Below are positions 10,887 to 24,904 of a DNA stretch of 64,000 nt, piece by piece; within the stretch, counting starts at the first letter, position 1, and every line of letters starts with the position of its first letter. The stretch comes from Podospora anserina (lineage: Eukaryota). The stretch lies in assembly GCA_017654855.1 (NCBI GenBank), contig CM030335.1, positions 3,224,001-3,288,000 on the forward strand, in the 5' to 3' direction. The position numbers and the translations under genes are program-made. Under the pieces are notes generated by a model. It did no database searches. It was not told the origin of the DNA and saw nothing but the letters and a program-made list of their open reading frames with translations.

Positions 10887-11749
10887 TTATTGGGACATGG
10901 CGTTGCGGCATTTACATGGCGTTTTTGGGAATCTAGACTGGCGTGTTGGAATCATTTGGTTGGGATGCTTTGGGCGTCTTGGACAAGCTGGAGGGGTGTA
11001 CAATTGTGTAGGATATGGAGGAGTGTACGATAGGGAAATGCTCGTGCTGCCACGACAGAGGTAGCCTTGCTTGGCAGATATCTGGACTGTACAGGACTGG
11101 GGGAGGCATTGGCAATTCCTGTCAATCAATTGGCGGATCACTTTGGGGAAGGGGATGTGTTGCGGGCATCTTTCCAACGGATGACGAAGGCAAAGGAGTC
11201 CTGTTCTAGCTGACGTCGTTGTCTCTCTCCAAACAATCCTCCATCCTCTTATGGTGGCCGGCTAGGATATGTCGCTGTTGCGTGGTACGTACACGCTGGG
11301 TTCCGCAATCAACGGATATCTCTTATCTGTGCCAGGATTCAAGACTCAAAGCCAAATCAGGCAGAGTTGGTTTCTCGGACCGGTGACAGCCCACGCCTGG
11401 AGATTGATGCTTTCTGGGTCGAAGACAGTTGGATTCATCGAAGCAAAAATGGAGCTCTACATCAAGTGGGATATTTATCTATAGTAAAGGCAGCATATTT
11501 GAGGCAGCTGTTGCTCGCGTATGAAACCGTTATATTTTGAACCATGTACAAATAAAGTTCTTGTCTTCTGTCAGCCATCCTCGTTATACTCGCTTCTTCC
11601 ATGTGCTTTTCTTTTGCAGAAGATCGTGTAAAAATCAGGGGGTATCAACATCATCCGTCTGCTCTTGTTCTTCCTCCCATCTCTCCCTCTTCCTCCCTCT
11701 TCCAAAATAATTATCCAAAGAACTCCAACCGATCGTCGTCTTCAGCCCC

Positions 11750-14700
11750 CTAAACACCACCGACCCCCCCCTCCTCAAAACTCTCATCCCACCCCCCCGT
11801 CTCCAACAACCAACCCCCCACCCGTTCCTTCACCCCGCCCACCGTCTCCCCCAGCGCACTATTCCACTGATCCTGCACAACCCTAACCTTATCCTTCAAA
11901 TCATCCGTCAACCTCCCCGCCTCCTCCCGTCTCATCTCCTCCACCCTCCCCCCATCCCTCCCCTCCGCCTCCATCACCTTCCCCTTGGCAACCACCACCG
12001 CCTCCTTAACCTCATGCAGCAAGCAAAGCAAGTTCGTCTGACTCTCGATAAACTGATACGTGCTCTTCTCCGCATGCAGCAACAAACTGAAGAGATACTG
12101 CAAAGGGTGCTCGGTGTAGCTCGGGTTCTCGGCCATCTCCAACGCTGGTATCTGGATGTGGAAACCTTCCATATCAGTCGGGATCTTGTCGAGGAGACGC
12201 TTGAGGTCGGGCGCAATGTCCCAAAAGGCGTTGAGTTGCACTTCCACACCCCTGACGACGGTTTCCTCGACTACATCACGGAACTCTTGCGTGCGGTGGA
12301 GGACTTCCTCTGCAAAGGCTAGCTGGCGTTTATTCGCGTCTTCGATGAAGAAGGCCTTGGCAGAGGCGACTTTATCGTCTTGCTGGGCGAGTTTGTAGGG
12401 GACGAGGACGAGGTCGCGGTAGTGGTCGTTGCGGGAGGAGAGGAGGTCGTACAACGCCCGATGTAACGTTTCGCGGGCTTCAAAGATCCATTTGAGGAGG
12501 GTTAGTTTCTCCAAGAGTTCAGGCTGCTCGTCGCCTTCTTCCTGGGGGAGGTTGGGGTTGGATTTGTGGGTTTCGTCGAAGAGGCGGGAGCGGAGGTTGT
12601 CAAAGAGTTCGGTGGCGGTGTTGATCCTGCTTTGAAGGATCTCGTTCACGGGCATTACGACGACGGTTTGGAATTCGTCAAAGTCCGACTTTTCGAGGTC
12701 TTTGAGTTTGGTGTGCTCGGCGGCTGTGGCGTCGGCTTCGATGCGGGCTGCGTCTGCGTAGGAGAGCGCGCCCGAGGAAATGTCTTGGTGGAGGTTTTGG
12801 CGCAGGGTGACGCGGTCTTTTTTTAGCTCTTCGTCGAGGGCGAGGCGTTTTTGGGAAGAGGATTGCTTGTAGGCTTCTTGGATGGCGGTTACCTCGGTGA
12901 GGTCGCTGACGGTGCGGATCGAGGTGCGGATTTCGGTCAATTCGGGGTGGTTGTTGTTGACTGCTGGGTGATGTCGCGGATAAGGAGGTGGGAGGGTCAC
13001 TAGACGGGATACGTCGAGGTGATCTGGGTTTGGTGTGTTGGGGGCTGTCGAAGATGAAGCAACCGAGTTGCGAGAAAGAGCCTGCGGTGTCATGGATTGG
13101 TCTGTATCGTGCCATCCTGTCTTTTCAGGGGGGTACCCGTGGGAGGCCCGCTTGCTTGAACCAGCAGGCGACAACTGCGGCTCATCGATCCATTGCAGTG
13201 CTTCTCGAGCCTCTTTAGGCACACCCATATACTTTGACTCCCGCTTTGACCTCTCCATCCTGGACGACGGAGCACCTGTAGAGTCGGCCTCCCACCACCT
13301 GCTAGCCGGCCGTCCCCTCGAGTCCTGTTCATCCACAGCATCACTGACGCTCATACTAAGAATCGGCGACAACGATGGCATGTAGTTGTTCGAAGGCCAG
13401 TTTTGATTCCCAGAGGGTGATGGTGACTGCTGCTGCTGCTGCTGCTGCTGATTCACAGACGTCGGTGTTTGAACCGCTGATGACGAAGCCCCATGGTTTC
13501 CTTCAAACGCAGATCCAATCGACCCACGATGCGATCTCGGTTCTGACGATTGTGGTGTCAACTCCACGGTCCCGCTGGTGGCCGAATTGATCGACTCTCT
13601 CCGGACTGGCATCGGCCTAAACAGATCACGGGTCAAGTCCAGCACCTCAGAACCCATCGCCCCAATGGCAGCGCCGTATCGTTCCCTCCGTATCCTCGAC
13701 TCGTTGACAAAGAACTCGGCAAACAATCGAACTCGCTCGGCATCGTTGGCGGCAGATGCTTCTCGGTCGGCGAAGGCTGCAAAGCGGTCAACAGTACCAC
13801 GAGCAAACTGCTCGCTGCTCTGCGTGATCACCATATGCTTGGACACGGGAAAATTGTGTGATGGCGAAAGAGGAGCCGACATCGGCATGTCCGGCCCCAT
13901 GCCCCGGTGTGTCGAGGACGACCTGCTGCCAGTGGGCGGGGTTGGCAACGCCCTTGGAACCGCATGTCTTTCAGGATGTTTTTGGGAACTGGGCGAGAGT
14001 CTTGTTGGTGTCACCTGGCCAGACACACCTTGAGAACCGGAAGCTCGGGGGGTCCTAGATTCTGGCGTGTCAATCGATTCACCGGTTTTTGGCGTCTCGC
14101 TCGTCCTTCCGGTCCTTGGCGTGCCTCTTCCGATTGTCAGGCGCCGTTGCAGCCCACCGGAGGACGAACCAGGAATCACAATATCAGACAGGCCATGAGG
14201 CGAGTTTGTTGTGTCCACAGACCCTCGTGTAGCTAGCCTGGTCCGGCTTTCGCTCCGCCGCTCCAGCAGCGTCTTGTCTCCCCTGACCACAGGACTCCTT
14301 CGGACAAGCCCACCTGCTGAACTGGGCGCCGAAGATGTAGCAGATTCGGTTTGCGCTCCAGCTCCTGAGCTTGCAACACTGGACGTCTCTGAAAGCTGAA
14401 CGCCGACCGTGGCTGGTGAGTCAGCATGTTGTTGTTGCTGCTGCTGATGTTGCCCTGGTGGCCCAGGGAGGTTGTCGCCCTCTCTCCAGTTGGCTGGCGT
14501 CAAGGGCACAGGACCCAGAGCAGCCACTCCGGTTGGTGGTGGTCGGCGGGTCGGCGGTGAGACAATAGGGTCACTTCCAGATTGTAGCCGCTGCATGCTC
14601 TGAGATCTGCTTGACGAGGGTGGTGGCCCAGGTGGTGGTGGGGGGACTGGCATCGATGGGTCCCATCGAATCTGAGACGAAGAGCGTGATCTAGCTGATG

Positions 14701-15471
14701 TGGGAGTAGCCACCGCGGGTGTCGAGACAGCTCGTCGAGCGCTCGGGGCCATGTTCTGGGAGGAGTCGGAATCTGTTCGTTGTGGCACTTGGTGGGGTAT
14801 CTGCAGCGTCAAAGGCCCTGGGTGACCACCGGCCGGACGAGACAACAGCCCGCTGAGCGAGCGGGATGATTGTTGCGGACTCGGATCAAGTGGTGCTATG
14901 GCTGGCTCGGGCTCACGACGTCTTGTCAGCGAGGGGAGGCCGAATCGCCTTTCTCGGGAAGGGCCCCTCGTTCCAGGCGGAGGCGGAAACGATGTGTTGG
15001 CCACTGGGGATTCGGTAGCCGCTCTCTGCAAAGGGGGATGTGGTGCTCGAGCAACTGAGATATTGGCAGCTGGACCCTGATCGAAGTTCATGCTCATCGG
15101 TCTGGCACTACGGGGGGGTGAATATGGCGGCGGTGGCAGCGGTGAACCTACCAGCTCATCAGTCTCGTATTCAGAATACCGTCCCAAAAACACTCACCTT
15201 GAGGCTCCTGGATGGCAGCCGTCTGCATCGGTTCCTGGCCAGGTCCCGCAGTCGGTGAAGTGATCCATTGCTGCGGATTGTATGGCTGGATGGCGCTCAA
15301 TGGAGTTTGGTTGGATGAAAAGGCGCCATGAGAGCTGACTGACAGCGCCGAATGAGGTGTGCCGTTGTTGTGCTGAGGGTGATATACACCCAACGATGCT
15401 GTGAGAAGCGGATTCAGTCCAGCACGAAGGCGCGCGGTCGGATCCCGTGAAGAGCTCATCATAGGTTGCAT
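11750..15471 (-). CDS. Large fungal hypothetical protein, Pro/Ser-rich N-half and helical C-terminal domain; intron 15197-15148
   Basis: A 1147-codon ORF is joined in frame to an upstream exon by a GTGAGT...CTGAT...TAG intron. Conserved-looking blocks include LDVSRLVTLPPPYPRHHPAVNNNHP and ELLEKLTLLKWIFE. Confidence 0.8.
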
Positions 15472-18400
15472 CTCGATGTCGTCCTGGAAGTCCCTCGGCT
15501 GTAGCTGATCTCTCGTGAGGACTGAACCTCAGACAGACCCCAATGTGAGCCACGAATAGTCCCTCGGGTCTCTTGAGGGCCCCTATCTCCAGCAGACACC
15601 CAGTGTGATCTTTCCTAGACACTCACAGCCCAACACCACGCAGCGGTTTTGTGGTGCTGGCCACCTCGCCATACACAAGTGGGTTGTTTGTCGATTCGCG
15701 GGGCTGTTGATTACACGATCATGGTCAGAGCTCAAATAGGTGTTGCTGAGAGTTATCCGTATCGTGATGCTTCACGCCCGCCCTCGAATTCCCACAGTCG
15801 CAGTTGAGGTTGTCGTGATCAGAAAATGCGCGGCTGAAAGAAGGGACGGTGCAACTGCGCTGAACAAGCAGCAAATGGAACGTGGTGTGGTTCCGCGGTG
15901 GGGGTTGGGAGCGTTGCAGGAGATAAAAGAGGGATTCCTCAAGACCAGACTATGCCCCAATATGCCCAACCTATCAAGACCCCTGCATGCTGCCCGCTGG
16001 TGGTGTTCCCACTTCTGCTGCTGTTGTTATGGACCATGGTGCTAGCCCCGGAGTGGTACTACGGTACGTATATTAACAGTCAAACCTCCTGCATGGAAGA
16101 AGAGCGGGAGCCGGCCACCCGCTTTAACTCTTCTCCCAGACGGGCCTTCTCCAGAGGGGCTTCACTCCGAGAATTGCAATATATTGCGTACAGCCAGCTG
16201 GTGACCCTGGAGCGTGCTAAACGTAAGCATCCAGGCAGGCACCCGCTGGGACAATATCGTGCCCCGTCTGTATTCTGCAGCAGTCCTTTGCAACTGGTCT
16301 CGATCTGCTTGTTTCCCAGGCAGGATGGCAGAGAGGGAGGGGGCTCCTCGACGGGGTTCAAACCCGGATTGCCCTGTGCCTGGACCTGCAAGACACAGAC
16401 CAGACATGCAGGAGGCACCTCCTGGATCCTCGCACGGCTTCACCTACAGGTGACTGCTCTGCTCCCTCTCCTCAGAACTGGTGATGGTTCCTGCGGTAGC
16501 GGGGGGGTTACAGAGAACCGTCGATTTGCTACTATCAGGAACGGGTCAAGTCACGGCCTGGCATTAACCTGTGCCATCTTTGGTCTCTTGGCTTCCGGAT
16601 TGACAGGCGTGAACTGGACCATGGTGGCGATGGGATGGCCGAGAGCGAGAAGGGCAAAAGGAGGGGTCTGTTGACTGCGAGGCAGGTGCGACGGTGATTG
16701 GGCACGTCTGTCGTAGTCTGCCGGTAATCTATTCTTGGTTGCCTTTGGTTGTGGGTAAAATTCAGATTCCCCGCGATGATTCGCTCGACGCTGTGAAATG
16801 GTCGGTGATGCGTGCTGCCGGCGCTTAACCCCCTTGCTGATTCTCCGCCATATGATTCGGCTGCTGTCGACGCATTAGCGGATGGCACATGCCTCCATCA
16901 ACAGTACGCGTTAGTCCATTCTTGGAATGGTGTCCGTCTCCCGGCTTGGGCTTCATGCGTTCTTGACAAAATATCGTCTTGAGGCTGTGTGACTTTTCTG
17001 TATGTTTTGATCTCGTTGTCTTTTCCACCGCTTTTTATCCGTACCGATGACCCAGACTCTTGGGGTTCGAGTGCTCGGGCCTCCTATACTCACACCTTGA
17101 TAATAATTGTTACAACACCATGAACAGTCCACATTGCAAGCATCAATCACCACACCACTCTGGACAATTCACCTTGTCTCTGCTGTCGTAAGGGATTTGT
17201 TCCGCCTCCAGGCACCCAACTCAAGCCCGGAAGACCCCAAAATGAGGTCTTGATCGCTTTCCTGGATGCAGTTGCGTTCTCTCCAGCTGGGACGGAAACG
17301 CAGCCTTCGTTGTTCCCCTTGGGATCGAGCAAAGCAGAGTGTTTAGAATTGGAATCTCAGATGTTTTGAATAGGATTGATAACCTCTCCATGGTGCCGTG
17401 GGCCAGTCCTGTTGACGTCCTCCCTCTCAGCAATCGTAGACAACTAGCTAAGAGGGAAGCTGTTGGTGAGATGAGGGTGGGCGGATCAGCTGTGTTGAAT
17501 GTGGGGTGACCGCTTCCACCCCCACACTGTCGTGAGGTGAGTTGAAGATTTGATGCCGAGCTTTCAAGATATAACCACATGATTTGACGATAGAACCGCA
17601 TGGCATCCAGCACAATAAGTGACAACCCCAAGCAGAAATTCTTGCCGTGACCTGTAAGTCAGTGGTGTTTGCCCCCCTTCCTGCGGCTCTGCATAGGCTC
17701 GGATTGTTGGTGATGTGATGGCCCAATGAGACCTGTGAGGTCAACACCAAACAAGCTGGGCAACCGTAGCTTCCCCACATCGGGCCCGATCGTTGGGAAC
17801 AGGATGTGATCGGGTCCCTATAAATAGCAGTGGTTTCTTACTGGTGAAATGTTTTCCATGTGGATTCGAGGTTGAAGGGCGTCATGAGAATGTTGATGAT
17901 GTTGGTATGCGGCACCCTAGCCCGGGAAGACAGAGATCCGGACTGTGTTCAAGTCCGAGTTTGGTGCGCCGGGTTCGCGCCGTCGCGGGGCATTCGGGTC
18001 AAGACTTCCCGTGTCTGCAAACCTGCCGGTACCTCAATGATACATACGGAATGCAATGGTGATGATAGCGGTGGTTACGGATGATCACTCGGTGTGTGTG
18101 CGGTCTCGGGAAGACCAGATATGTGCCTCAAGGTCACCTCCCCATCCGGTTAGTGCCGAAGACTCGCTGCCCTGTGTGTAATATCTAGTAACACACAAAC
18201 ATCTGATTCCCAACCACCATGAGTTGAGCATGTGTGCCGGTCGAAAGCTCCGGTCGGGTGTCAACAGCTGCTGTGTCATGAGGGTCGAAATGTTCTCTCT
18301 GGCAAACCAATTTGGCCATGGCTATCAACATCAAAACAGGGCAGGAAATCCGTGATACCGGGCGGAGGTTACGCGGACGCGTTGAGCTGCTGTGCTGTGT

Positions 18401-18903
18401 TTGTGAATCGCGTCCAGTATGATCATCAGCGCTAGCTGGAATATCGAGTTGCCAGGTGACACATATTGTGATGTCCAAGAAGGAAGGCTGCAAGGCTGTT
18501 CAGCAGGATTAATTGGTCATTGTAAATCTGATTCATCAATAGCAAAAAGATCAAGCTCCTGGTTGTCCCTGTCGATCTGATTTTGGTGGTGTTTGATGCG
18601 GCATGTCAGATCTCGATCAGGCGGCAGAAACCGAGCTCCAGCCCCATACTGAGAGCTACCCCACTAAAGGCGGTCAGTGTTCTGCCTCTGCTCCCCGCCC
18701 AGCTGGAGCCTGTTAAGTTTTCTAGAGCTTTCCAAATTGCTCTTTCTGACCCTTCTCCATTTTCTTCATTGGGCGCTCGCCCACTTCTTAAAGCCTTCCC
18801 CTTCTCTTCAAACATCAACAAACAACTTCTGAAGACCATCACGACCTTTCAAAGGTAGGACGCGCCCTTCTTCCCTCGACCAACCTCCCAATCGCTTGCT
18901 TGC

Positions 18904-18992
18904 ATGATGATTGTTCAGCTGGCACCAGTCATAGGGCGACTTGTACTCCCTCCCTTGATGACGAAGCTGCGGTCTACCAGGACCATCTCTGA
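18904..18992 (+). ncRNA. Candidate box C/D snoRNA inside the AHA1 5'-UTR intron (18855-19068)
   Basis: Box C ATGATGA 18904, C' TGATGA 18957, box D CTGA 18989, short flanking stem TGCT/AGCA. It lies within a GTAGGA...GCTGAC...CAG intron. Confidence 0.6.
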
Positions 18993-19153
18993 CCTAGCAC
19001 CACCTCTCTCTTCTTCCTTTGCGCGATTCTTCTCTCGTACCGAGCCAATTGCTGACTGGAGAACACAGATCTGATTTTTTTTTCATAGTTCCCGTTCCAT
19101 TCCATACTTCCATTCCATACCCCCCCTCTTTTTTTTTTTAATTTACCGCAAAA

Positions 19154-20307
19154 ATGGTCCTCCACAACCCCAACAACTGGCACTGGGTCAACAAGGACGT
19201 GTCGGGGTGGTCCAAGAAATGGTTTGATGACAACCTGACCAAGATCGAGGCCAAGGAGGGCGATGTATCGGCCAAGATTAGCAAGGTCGTCAGCATGGAC
19301 GGCGACTGCGATGTTGCGCAGCGCAAGGGCAAGGTTATCACCATTTTTGATGTCAAGTTAACGTTGGAGTTCACAGGTACGTATTTCCATAGAATAATAT
19401 CACTTTTTCCTGAAAACCCATTGCCAATCATTCCGTCCTGTGACTCCTGCCCATGTCGTGTTCGTAGGCTAAAACTCTGTCCTGCAGGCTCCACTGCCGA
19501 TGGCGACGAGGTTTCGGGGACCATCACGGTGCCCGAGGTGTCGCACGAGCTTGATGAGGATGAATTTGTGGTAGGTTGCACTCTTCCCGGCCACAACGTG
19601 TTGTAACAGTCGACTAAGTGTCGCCCTTGTAGTTTGACATCGACGTCCACTCCGAGTCCAAGGAGAAGCAGGCTGTCAGAGATCTGGTCAAGTCCAAGAT
19701 CGTCCCTCAGCTTCGCAGCGAATTCGTCAAGCTGGCTCCTGCCCTCATCGCTGAGCACGGCAAGGACTTGCAGCACCCTGCTGGGTCAAACCCATCCAGC
19801 GGCTTCACGACCCCCAAGTACCACCCCCCGACCGGCGCCCAGGCCACCAAGGCTACTACCACAACCACCCAGTCCAATGCCGGAAGCGTCGTAAACACCA
19901 CGACCGTGACCGATAACGAAGAGTTCCGTACCACAGCTGAGGAGCTTTACAAGACCTTCACCGATCCCCAGCGGATAGCTGCATTCACCCGCGCCCCTCC
20001 CAAGGTTTTTGAGGGCGCCAAGAAGGGCGGCAGGTTTGAGTTGTTTGGTGGCAACGTGTCTGGCGAGTACCTGGAGTTGGAGGAGCCCAAGAAGATTGTC
20101 CAGAGCTGGCGTCTGGACCAGTGGCCCGCTGGCCATTACTCTAAGCTCAGCATTGAGTTTGACCAGAACGATGTTGACCATGTCACGGTCATGCGCGTCG
20201 AGTGGACCGGCGTGCCCATCGGCCAAGAGGAGCCCACCAAGCAGAATTGGCTCGAGTACTACGTCCGCAGCATCAAGAGGACTTTTGGTTTTGGCACCAT
20301 TCTCTAA
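19154..20307 (+). CDS. AHA1: Hsp90 co-chaperone Aha1; introns 19377-19487 and 19571-19632
   Basis: MVLHNPNNWHWVNKD, QRKGKVITIFDVKL, and a C-terminal START-like domain ending YYVRSIKRTFGFG. Confidence 0.95.
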
Positions 20308-20628
20308 GGACTTGGACGGGACCAGAAGGGGGAAAACGGCGTTGGGCGGATGGGCATGATGATTCTGAACAGATCGCGGCGCACACAGTTAGAGCCAATG
20401 AGAAATGATGATGCATAATACTTATGATTTGGGCCAGTGGTAAGGCAGATTGTGAGGCGTCTTATGTCACGACAGTTTTGGTCTCCACAGACGCGGGGTG
20501 ATGATCACCGCAGAGCCTCATCGGCTTTCACACACACCTCGATTTGCAATGCTCCAAGAACTATTTCAACAACCCAGGACTCTCAACCTTTTCTACAGCA
20601 GCACGCAATTAGAAACCCATCGTTTAAA

Positions 20629-21691
20629 ATGGCACCTATTTACAAAATCGCCCTCATCCAGTTCCAGCCAAAGGTATGAATGAGCCTCTCTGAGCCGGTG
20701 ATGTCATCATTCCGATCTATTCGTCCCAAACCATTCAGCTCAGCTTTGTTGGCTAAACTAACCAACCCCCTGATAGGATGTGTCCCCCTCGGAGAACTTT
20801 TCCCTCTCGGCCTCGTACATCCGCAAGGCAGCCTCCCAAGGGGCCCAGCTGGCTGTTCTGCCCGAGTATCACCTCACCTCTTGGTGCCCCTCCCACCCAG
20901 ACTTTCTCTCCTCCTGCGTCGAGTCTTGCTCTTACCTCTCTCAGTACCAATCATTGGCGAAGGAACTCAAAATTGATATCGTTCCTGGAACCATCTGCGA
21001 GGTCCACCCTTCGCTTTCGGCTGAGGAAGTCACTGCTACTTCTAGCACCGGCAAAGATGAAGAACGGCGGGTGGAGGTGAGGAACATGGCTTACTTCATC
21101 TCGGGGTTGACAGGGGAGGTAGTGGGACGGTATCAAAAGCGGAATCTGTGGCACCCCGAACGGGAGCATTTGACTGCCTGGGGGAAGGAGGGGGGTCGAC
21201 ACAGGGGGTTTGATATCCCTGGGTTGACGTTCCCTGACGGAACCCCGGTGAGGGGAGGGATGTTGATTTGTTGGGATATGGTTTTCCCGGAGGGGTTTAG
21301 GGAGTTGATTGGGGATGGGGTGGAACTGGTTGTTATACCTAGTTTTTGGTTGGTGACGGAGGATTTTGGGGAGGGGGATGAAGGGGAAAGGGAGAGGGCG
21401 AGGAGGGGGGAGGAGGAGTTTTTACGGGGGGTGGTGGTTACGAGGGCGTTTGAGAATACGGCTGCGGTTGTGTTTGTTAATGCTGGGGGTTTGAGTCAGG
21501 TTGGGTTGCCGGGGGTTGGGAATCAGGGGGGCGTTATGGGGGTTGAGACGGAGGAGATGAGGGTTGTGGAGGTTGATCTTGGACGGGGGAGGGGGTTGGA
21601 GAGGAGGTATAAGATTAGGGAGGATATGAGGGGGGTGGAGTGGGGGTATGGGGTTTATCATGGGGAGGAGAGGAAGGGCGGCGGTCGTTAG
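20629..21691 (+). CDS. Nitrilase-superfamily carbon-nitrogen hydrolase; intron 20674-20776
   Basis: KIALIQFQP start; catalytic E (LPEY), K (YQKRNLWHPER) and C (ICWD); RAFEN. Confidence 0.9.
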
Positions 21692-22279
21692 GGGCGAGTG
21701 GGTGCCGGAGTCGGGGAAGAGGGGGAAGGTTTGGGGGGATACGGGGGTTGTGGAGTGGATATAGGGGGTTTGTCATGGGGTCAGAGGGGTTGTGGTGGTT
21801 GTTATGAGGGAGTAGGGGATACGGTGGTTGAAGGTGCGTGGAACCAAAAGGACATCCTACCCACAGGGTAAGCCGGGTGATATATATCTCTACAAGGTGG
21901 CCAGCTAGGAGGCTTATGGGAGCCCGTATTTGGAGGGCGGTAGGGGCTATCATCAAGGACAGGAAAGGGGGAGGTTGGACCTATGGTTGAGAGAAAGCAG
22001 GGCCGAGGCTATCTCCTCTCGGTTCTCGTTACCTTACTTTCTGCCGGTCATAGTTGCCTGAGGTGAATTCTAGGATGTTTTACCACCCGTAAGCCGAATC
22101 TGTGCACGCGTTTGGTCTGCTTACCTACCTACTTATTCAGTGTGCCAGGGTGTTGCATCCAGCCAATCGGAAGCGATATGCTGAGGCTGCCCAACCTGCC
22201 CTCTTGATCCTGTCGCTCATCACCAACTCTCCGTCCGTCCCATTTCGCTACACGGCTCTCGAGAGGGCATGGATATATC

Positions 22280-24767
22280 ATGACCGACAAAGTCAATGTC
22301 GACAGTGCAACTTGTCCCGAAGACGCAAACTCAACCGACTGCCTGTTGCGACTTGTCCTCGCTGCACTTGATAAACAGACAACCAACACAGCGGAAGAAT
22401 TCAACTGGGACCCTCTCACCTTCTTCTTCACTGCACCCATCGGTCTTTTCGCCGCGCTTTTCGCTGCCATTACTATCTATCAAGCAGTCCTGTCTTCTGG
22501 ACCGGGACGTCGAAAATCCAATCGTCGAGCGATTGGTCCCTGGGCTCTGAAGACCAAAACAGAATGGAGTTGGAGGGACTTGAACAGCTTGTCCATTGCT
22601 TCGACACCCGTCCTTCGCGCCGATGATTTTTTGCAAACAATGGGAGGGCGGCGGGAGTGGCATATCTTTCGGGAATCTCGCGAATCCCAAGACAAAGTGC
22701 TTTCCAGCACAGAAGGCGCCCGGGCCCTTAATGGAACGATGTGCTTGAGAAGACTTGAACGGGTTGGTGAGGAGTACAACAAATTCTTCGGTACCGAGAA
22801 ACCCGGTCAGTATAGCGCGACCTGGCTACGATTCCTGAGCCACGTCAAGCTCCATAGAATCACATTCGGAACGGCACTTGTCGAGACGACTATGGCGGAC
22901 TACCTTCCAGCCGATCTCGTAGCTGCGCCAGCATATGCCGAGATTGGCTTTCTCATTGCAGCAGCAGCAGCATCCGGAGCCCACTCAATGATATTCACTG
23001 GGTCCGAATCATCGCACTATCCGGTTATCATTGGAGACAGTTTTCAGCTCGACTTTCGCCAACACCCCGTCTTGGGGATCGTGGGCGTGTTTTCTCAGCA
23101 CGGGCAGCTTTCTCGCCTACCTTTGAAGGGGCACGATAAAAAGACGAATGAGCCTTTCGCAAGCCGTCCTATCTGGCATGATTATCGCCAAAGCACCAAA
23201 GCCATAGTAGCTATACTGCACGCCCGGGGCGAGGTGTATTGCTGGCCTCAGTGGAACCATCGTTCTCGAGGGTGTCAATTGCTAAATACCATAACACTGA
23301 GAAAATGGCTACCTATCGGTATCACCCAATCGATGCACGACATTTATTGGCAGGAGTCATGCCGCAGATTTGCTGATGGCTACGGAGAACTGCAATGGTT
23401 ACTGGGGGCTGATATCGAGTATGGCAATCCAACTTGTCCCCTAAACTAGGTACCTCATGATGAAATGGGTCTAGTTATACTTATAACGACTGTGCTAAAT
23501 CTTTAATAGGTTGAACGGTATTCCATCAATCTTCCCTGGGAAGCTGTCAAGACGCAACCCCAACCTCCTTTCGCTCCTTGCACTTCACCACAATTTCTGG
23601 TGTCATTCAGGCGGGATCAGAAAGGACAGTTCGGTCTCCCAGAGCTCCAGATCAACCCCTGTTGCCTTTCCAGAAGAGGTCACCGTCAGCATGCGGGGCT
23701 CTGAATCTTCAAGGTTGAGAATTCGTCTTGTTATGGACACCTCAGTTCTCCCTACGGATGTCACGGCAAAAATGATTGCTGGTATCTCCAGATTCATTGA
23801 CGGAGAAGATATTGATCAGCTCCGATGGAGCGACGAATTCGGCTTTCACTTCACCGAAATTCAAGCCATGAATCTCATGTCAGATGTTCGCTTACATTTA
23901 GGAAACAAATCAAAAGAACCCCAAGGCGACCGACCTGTCACTCACGTAGTGGTTAGAACTCCACTTCTTGATGTTTGCCAGGACCTTGTGTTTGGGTTGG
24001 ACAAGTTTCAGGCAAGGCTTGACGCCATGTCCGCGCTCGAGCGTCAGTACTTACGTGCTCTGATCTATCTGCAAATTAAGATGCTCGATTATTGGCTTCT
24101 TGCGGTTTGTGGCGAGTACCTCCCGATAGCACGAACTTTGCGGCTGCTTGTTGTTACTGCAATTTTACTGGACGGGGAAACCCAGGTTCAACATGGTGAA
24201 GAGGAGGGAGTGGTTGTTGGATCACACCCACACCGACAGTGGAATCATGACATTGTGGACTCGTCACCGTACCCGCCGCCTACTGCAAAGCACCTTAACA
24301 CTTTGGAAAATCTTGACAGTTTCCTCGAAGCGACAAGTGACCCCAACAGCCACCATCTGTTCCCAGGTGTAAATCGAACCATGGAAAAGATACGCCCGTG
24401 GGGCTGGGATAACTCGGTCGTCAAAGCCTTGAAAAACTTTCTGGATAAATGTCACCGCAACCATGGGCCTAGGAAGGGCATGGTCCCGGGAACCCGTCTT
24501 GGTCGTGGTGGTTCGACGACTGCTCAGGGTTCCCAGGCACAGCATGATGATGGGCCGGAAGTAGAGACTGATGGGGAAGGTCTCAACTACCAACCTCCAG
24601 ACAGAGACATCCAATTCGGTGAGAGCGAGACAAGAACGTTCGAGGAAGTATTGGATGATCTTCTTGTCTGGAGGGCTCTCTTGGTTGCGGCATTGTTTTG
24701 GTCGGCTCCTGACAATAGCCAGGTTTTGAAGTCGGGAATATGGGAACAGGTCATTCCCGTTCTTTAG
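22280..24767 (+). CDS. Fungal hypothetical protein, possibly modin (Mod-A)-like; intron 23419-23509
   Basis: An N-terminal TM segment is followed by YQAVLSSGPGRRKS..AIGPWA..T..WSW..TPVL, ATWLRFL and DYLPADLVAAP. A GTATGG..GCTAAAT..TAG intron joins the 389-aa and 418-aa ORFs in frame. The family call is from recalled motifs only. Confidence 0.6.
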
Positions 24768-24904
24768 CAAGACGCCCAAAATAGATGAGGTATTTCGGTT
24801 TCCAGATTCTCTTGGGGGAATTATCAACTACCTACATAGTACCTAGTGACTGCATGCCTAGGTGCCGACCTAGGTAGAGCTCAACTACAAAGGGTAAGGC
24901 AGCG

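Noticed and set aside
15898-16674. 258-aa ORF
   Set aside because: Non-ATG start, no family motif, composition not protein-like.
17939-17958. Hairpin with a B-box-like GTTCAAGTCC
   Set aside because: No cloverleaf or A-box found; chance is likely.
23447-23449. TAG ending the 389-aa ORF as an A-to-I-corrected premature stop
   Set aside because: It lies inside a plausible frame-preserving intron (23419-23509).
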